Of a DNA stretch of 64,000 nt, positions 37,846 to 64,000 are shown in pieces. Position 1 is the stretch's first letter; every line of letters starts with the position of its first letter. The stretch comes from Sphyrna mokarran (taxonomy: Eukaryota), in contig JAGIQG010000008.1 in the NCBI GenBank assembly GCA_024679065.1, positions 43,276,001 through 43,340,000 of the forward strand, written 5' to 3'. The translations under genes were made by a program, and so were the position numbers. Under the pieces are notes generated by a model. The model worked only from the letters and a program-made list of their open reading frames with translations. It was not told where the DNA came from and searched no databases.

Positions 37846-38934
37846 ATCATTTGAAAGCAGAGCTTGCATCAGTAAAAAAAATTTCAAATCAGACCTTGAT
37901 TGTTGCAGAGGCATTATGGTGATCAGCAGGATAGAGAACTGGTCTCCTCACCTGCATATCTCTTCCACCAAAACATGAAGGCACTGGTCACAAAATTGTG
38001 GGACACCTGGACCCGTCCCTTCATCCGCATCTTCTGTGTGACACTCTACCAATAAAAATATAAGGTGAAAAATGTCTTGAGCATTCAGATTACTGTGTCC
38101 TCATCAATTTTTGTGTGCTCGCATGCACTAATCATTTTTCCCATATCATCAATGACTCCTGTTAAAGTATGGTGGGGGAAATAGCTCTGCATAAATGTTT
38201 GATACCAAGCATGTTGTAGCTGTGATTCCAAGAAAGCATGCTGTGCTCTGAAACCAACTCTACTGGTTTACTCTTTTCATTTTCACACTTTAACGCCTTG
38301 ACAGTGTACAGCTGTAAGGTACCTGATCAAGGGCCAACTGTGTGGCTGCATCTGATAGATAGGTGGCAAGAGGACAAATGGATGGGATAATGACCATGAA
38401 ATTGTCCATCATTCATCCACTTAAGTCTTGGCAACAAACTACATAATATTTGTACCAGTTCATGGTACCTCTATGGCCGTCTCTTATGAATCCATCACTT
38501 ATCTTTCATTGCTTCAGTACAGTACACTGAATAGACAGCAACAGTTATATTTTTTCCCTAGAGAAAGCTAGTGATAGGCAATGTGTTCTGGGGCCACATT
38601 TACAGAAATTCCACTCACCTGACGAGTCAATGATGTCCCCTCAAAGGCACAAGCTTCACCATGGACAACCAATCTCTCCAAAGTTCTTTCTGAAGACCAT
38701 CTTTTTACCCGTGCCTGAGTCATTCAGTCCCTTACTATTTTTGAAACATCCACCCAGATCCTTAATATAGCCTGCTAACCCCAGACCAAATGCTGTCGTT
38801 TGACATTTTTTGAAGTTGGGTTCACAGAGATGGAATTGCCCCAACACTGTCACTGGACACGTGGATTAAAATCTGGGCCTGGGTGTACATTCCATCCACT
38901 GATCCAGCAATTTCTAAGAAGAACACAATTTTTT

Positions 38935-40636
38935 TTAAAGTAATCTTTGTGGTTTATTATGAAGATGATTAAACAAACAAAAATCCTTAATGTGCCTCCC
39001 TTAGAGGTCTAACAGAAAAAAAACTAAATACAGAGAGAAGACCAAGTAGTTAAAGTAAAATGAGTGGAGCTATAAGTTACATTTACAATGGTTTACAATG
39101 ATAAAACTGGTAGTATTAACACAAATGTATGGATCCCTTACTGTATGTCTATGACCAGAACCATTTATATAAAGTAACAAAATCTTATTGCAGTTTATAC
39201 AATTGTATTTTAACTTCTTTTTCTATCTACCATAGTAAATATTAACTTAATTTCATATGGAAAACATTGCCAACATTTGTACATAATTTACATATTGGTA
39301 ATAATGCTTATAAAGCAGCATCTACATTTTTTTAGCTTAGGTAAAGTATCAATCAGACCCAGTAACCTAAGAATGGGAGAAAAAAAAACAAAAGAATCTG
39401 TAAAACACTTCCAGTTCTGTACAGACAATGAAACTTCAGATTAACAGGAACACCTGCCTATTCCAGTTACTATATCAGCCAGTAGCTTTGCTACTGTTAC
39501 AGCACTAAATCAGTAGCATAAATACACAAGAGAATGCATTGCTTTTTTTTTAAGAAAAAGAAACAGTGTGTGTCCAATTATCACCACCTCTTCACCTATT
39601 CCACTAAAAACAACCAATATGGCTGTATCAAAAAGAGCTGAGAATGTCTACACTGATTTCTTTTACAAAGGGAAAAGATTACCGATCATTCAAGCACAAC
39701 ATTCTTCTGTTATCAGAAAATATATGGGGAATCATTTTTCTTCCTCCTCCACCCAAGAAATGATAAAAAGTAAACATTAAAATTCTGTGTCAATTTTGAA
39801 AAATGTTCTTTTCTTTTAAAGAAAAACTTTATATATATATTATATGTATACAATATATATATAATATATATATATAAAGAATAAAGTTTGTGTACCTGCA
39901 TCAGAGGCAAGAAAGATTATATATTCTCTTCTCTGATCATGCAGTACAGGAAATTAGAATAGTTGTTCCAATTCTGATTCATCTCTGAAGAACAGTTACA
40001 AGTTTATACAATTGAAAGAGTATTTTTTCGGTAAGACATAGATCTAAGAAGAATACAATTTAGATTTTTTTTTCTAAATTGTTCCAAATACAAAGTTCAA
40101 GTGCAATTAAAATTCCAAATATTAGTTACATCTTTTTTATTTATTTCTATTGCATCATTTTGATACTTTTGCAGGTAGTTGCCAATTTTTGCTATTTTCC
40201 AACATACTGATAGAATGTTTTTGTTCTACGGGATCTAACCTTCTTTCCTGTAGAAGAGATTGAAAATGAAAATTTTTTTTAATAGAGATCATTTTCTGTT
40301 AGAATCAACTGTTCTTTGAACATATAACAAAAGACAGAAAGCATTCACAGCGTACAGATTCATAGCCACGGCTGAATGCACGCAAGTCTTCCGAAATTCT
40401 TTCTGCTCCCAGAAGAATATTATCGACTGTGAGCAGGATAACTGCTTGTACAACATTATATCATTTTAGAATAGGTTCTTCACCAAGGAAGAATGGAAAA
40501 AAAAATTTAAAAGTAAAAATTGAAGATTATTAAACAGAACTTTTGAGGAGAAAGTGTGACACCAGTGTTGAAGGAAGGGTTGCCTCTTTATTCAGAATGC
40601 AATAGAACAACATGTTAAACATCTCTAGCAGCAAAA
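38935..40636 (-). other. SCUBE1: Probable SCUBE1 3' UTR (~1.7 kb, AT-rich, no recognisable transposons) with AATAAA at 38958-38953
   Basis: TE-free AT-rich stretch after the stop; tttatt on + at 38953-38958; the 3' end is inferred. Confidence 0.5.
39829..39876. repeat. Imperfect (TA)n microsatellite in the probable SCUBE1 3' UTR
   Basis: Direct reading. Confidence 0.85.
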
Positions 40637-60541
<19,905 letters not shown>

Positions 60542-61871
60542 CTATGGAGGAAATCAATGCAGAGTCCTACATTAATGGTTAGATCATCTGGAACCTGCTT
60601 ATTTTTCCATTTATCTTGAAATCTTAACCAAAGAGAACACTATTAAACCAGAAACAAAAAATCTTTAAATTGCTAGAGTGCATTTAAATTAATTTGCAAG
60701 ATCAGTTTGTTGATGGATATTGTGGATACGTTTTATCATCTTACCTTGGTGTTGTATTCAAAGAATAAAGGCAGACATTCTGAGATTCTTAAATATGCAG
60801 AGTTTTGGACCAGAAAATGCCTCACTGGTAACAGCCATGTTAGATTCATTAAAGTAGACTTGAAGCAGCCTCGTGTGGGCCTTTAAAAGGATAGTGGATA
60901 AATATTTGGAAAAAAAACACACAAATGGAAATGGGGAAAGAGCTGAGGAATAGAACTGAGGGAATAGTCTTTTCAGAAAGCTGTCATGGGTCTGGATTTA
61001 CAATGGGTTTGAAGGCAGGGGGTTTATAAAACCCAACCTTCCCAATGCCCTACTCTAAATTTTTATGGAACTTATAGTGGATGTGGCAGCCTGCCTGTTC
61101 TTTGGCCTAGTGAGGTCCATAGCAAACCAGTTAATGTGATGATGTTCCAATATGCCTGTTACTCTTGTCCTGGGAGCTTGAGGCTGAGCGTTTGGGAAAT
61201 GTTGTGGAAGCATGTTTGTACATCAGGTCACTTTGTCATTGCCTGGTTGACAAGCTACAACATATTTTTAACATATTTTACTTCGAATGGTGTGTCTGGC
61301 ATGTTTGGATACTATGTTTTCCTCCACCCCTGGTCACGAGGTATGAGGGCCTATATTTTCTATTGAATGTGGCATTGCTGGTGCTAACCTAATCCAAAAG
61401 TGCAAGTGTCAAGTGTTATAACCATGCTGCAGACTTGATCAAAGCACAAAAAAATTTGAACCCCCTTGGTAGATAGGGCCAGTTACAATAATAACTTGCA
61501 TTTCTATTGTGTCATAAAGCATCTAAATAATGCTTATCGTAAAGCATTATTAATTCAACTGATGGGCTGAGCTTCCTCATCATTGAAGATGGGGCTATTT
61601 CTTCACATGCAAACTTTGACATTGAATTCCTGTGGGAATTGCATAACAGGTGTATCTTGAGTACAAGTTTGATCTAAAACAAAATGTTTGCCTACTACCT
61701 TGTCACTGGGGAAAGTCATCTTAAAATCAGTCTCCATGAGTTGTTATATTTCCTTAATCCTTTAATATTTGGGCTAACCTCAGCGTAAAGTTGAGGATGA
61801 TATACACTAGGACCAAATCTTCCAAGCAATTCTGGTCAGAATTTCTCATAATTCATTTCTTTATTCCAGGT

Positions 61872-61904
61872 ATCATTCTTGGCATTTTGGCTAAGACCAA
61901 GTGT
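61872..61904 (+). pseudogene. U2 snRNA 5' fragment (nt 1-34), 3'-truncated
   Basis: ATCA-TTCTTGGCATTTTGGCTAAGACCAAGTGT vs U2 ATCGCTTCTCGGCCTTTTGGCTAAGATCAAGTGT: 29/34 identical by hand alignment. Confidence 0.7.
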
Positions 61905-61938
61905 TGGGTCAAGCCCAAGATGAGACACAATGCTCTAT

Positions 61939-62295
61939 CTTGTCAGTTTGGTTTGTGTTTGTCTTCCTGTGGGACCATGAATTGAAATTTGAATTTGGAT
62001 TTTGGAATAAGTAAAAAATAAATTTGGATCTGTCTGGTCTACTCTAGGCATTGACTTTGTAATTTTGAGAATGGAGTAAAATTTATTTAATACATCATTC
62101 TAGTGAATTGTCATGCCTTAACTTGTCAGTTTTGATCTAATCTGTCTCTCTTGTGGGACCACAAATTGGATTCAGTTTGAATTTGGTTTTTGGAGCAAGC
62201 AAGATGATGGATTTGTGTCTGTCCAGTTCATTCTGAACATTGCCTTTATAATTTTAAGAATGGAGTTAAAAGAAATAACTCTAATGAATTGTCAC
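61939..62295 (+). repeat. Diverged ~180-bp tandem dimer following the U2 fragment
   Basis: Both units run cttgtcagttt...gtgggacca..aattg...tttgaatttgg.ttttgga...aatttt..gaatggagt.aaa...tcta.tgaattgtca. Confidence 0.85.
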
Positions 62296-64000
62296 AGGAT
62301 GTTCTCCAAGATCAGTGTTCATTCCTAACTGGGTTGTCCAAAGTTGAGCATAATGGAGTGTTTTTTTTCAATTCTTAACTCCCAGCATGGTGTGCAATTT
62401 CATCTGCCAAACGTGCATCAAGATAAGTTGCTTATAGACTGCTCATCATTTCTATCCATTAAAATTAATGAATAAAAATCAAGGGCTGCACCCTCTTCAT
62501 TTTAAATTGTTTCTGATAGTGGTGGCTCCATTCCAATGTGGTGAATGTTTCATGTTTATATTTGAAAATGTGCTCTCTCTCCCATGCTCTGTGCTAGCGA
62601 GTGCTTTGCCCCCAGTCTTTGTGCATTTCTTAACTTTCATATTTTCTTCTGATGAGTCCCATTACCCTCTTGGATTAAGTAAAAAAGACAAAGGCTTTTG
62701 TTTAATTTAACTCCTTAGTTCATAAACAGACTTCTGACATGGATGGATGAAAATGGAAAATTAATTTCGTATCAATGACAGTTGGATAGAAAAATGGATT
62801 ATCTGATCATTATCTCACTGCTCTTTGTGAGACATTGCGATACGTAAATGAGATGACTTGTTTAAAAAGAAAAGACAGATTTCAGTATCTTAGGTGGATG
62901 CCCTTCTTAAGTCCGCCCTCCCAACCTTTTTTCTGTTTTTAATCCAGCAGTTTATGGCTTGTATATTTATCCATTGTCAGGCTTGCCAATAGAGGGAGCT
63001 GGAGACCTGCTTAGTGACTGTGATGTGTCCGATCAGCTACAACACAGCTCTGAGTTATCAATTTAAACCCATTTGGACATCCCTGTCTGAAACTCTAATT
63101 ACCCTGCCAAACAAAAATGCAGAGCCTATAGAATTGGATGGCATTTCACAATTAGATGACTCAACAAACAGACAGGTTATGTTTTCAGAATGAGCAAACT
63201 TCATTCCTAAACTACTTCAACAACTTATTTCTAAAAGCATGATTTTCAAGTTTTAGTTGTAATCTATGATCTCAATGCATTGATAATGGTGGATACTGAC
63301 TTTAAATTGCTTAAAACATATCTGTTAACACATACATGTTCCAATATGAGGTAACCAGCCTAGATCAAGTTTACTAGTCATCATTACTGGGGCTGAACTG
63401 CTCTGTTCTGTTCTGTTCCACAGAAAGGGAAAAATATCTTTGTTTGTGCCAGGAATTCACATTACCTTCTTGTTAACTGAAGTCAATCATGCAAAATGGC
63501 AAACTGAGCTATAATTAAAGCAAAGCAGCAACCTGGCCCTCAAGTATAGCTGGATGTGTAAGAAATAAGTTTCAGATATCTACTTATATTTCACTACTTC
63601 AAAATAACTCAACATCCGAACAGCAATGTATCCAATTAGGAAAGGAAATCCATTGGCTATTTTGTAGAATATGAGAAGGCATTACATGAGTGCTAATTAC
63701 ATGTTATACTTGTGCAGCAAGTAAGAGCATACAAAATACAAATAAATAACACCAAAAAGAGGTGAGCTCCATATCAGGTAACACTGAGGAGAGATGGACT
63801 GAGAATCACTGCCCTGGCACACTAAAAACTAAACTGCCCACTTTGTAGGGACTTTTCCTTTCCATTTCTTTCATTAAACTTGTAAATGGGATACATTGGG
63901 CCCTATTTTATCATTGCATCACACAAAAGTCACGTGTTGAGGCCATTAACGCAATCCGTGCCTGCATCTGTGCAAATGCCACTTTTCTGGGAATGGCTGT

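Noticed and set aside
63460-63512. Possible extra SCUBE1 micro-exon (tatag|...aagaag|gtaatg on the minus strand)
   Set aside because: It is 43 nt, contains a stop in the required phase and does not resemble the expected spacer exon. The next upstream SCUBE1 exon is probably outside the window.

Overview
Eukaryotic (vertebrate) genomic DNA. The repeat content (HE1/V-SINE-like and Deu-type SINEs, abundant CR1 3' ends, Rex1/Babar, Penelope-like elements) points to a shark or other cartilaginous fish; this is inference. Two intron-rich genes converge tail-to-tail. The last 9 coding exons of EFCAB6 lie on + (2566..36337) and the last 8 coding exons of SCUBE1 lie on - (60541..40637). All introns are GT-AG and the reading frames are phase-consistent. 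Most ORF-track entries are transposon debris or noise. Highlights: (1) three palindromic Penelope-like (GIY-YIG) insertions carrying minimal hammerhead-ribozyme motifs, two nested in older elements and two with target-site duplications; (2) a U2 snRNA 5'-fragment-headed element followed by a ~180-bp tandem dimer; (3) an EFCAB6-SCUBE1 adjacency that differs from the human gene order; (4) several local templated duplications and a perfect 20-bp hairpin. There is one assembly gap (8629..8809). Repeat family names come from recalled motifs, not database searches, and repeat boundaries are approximate.
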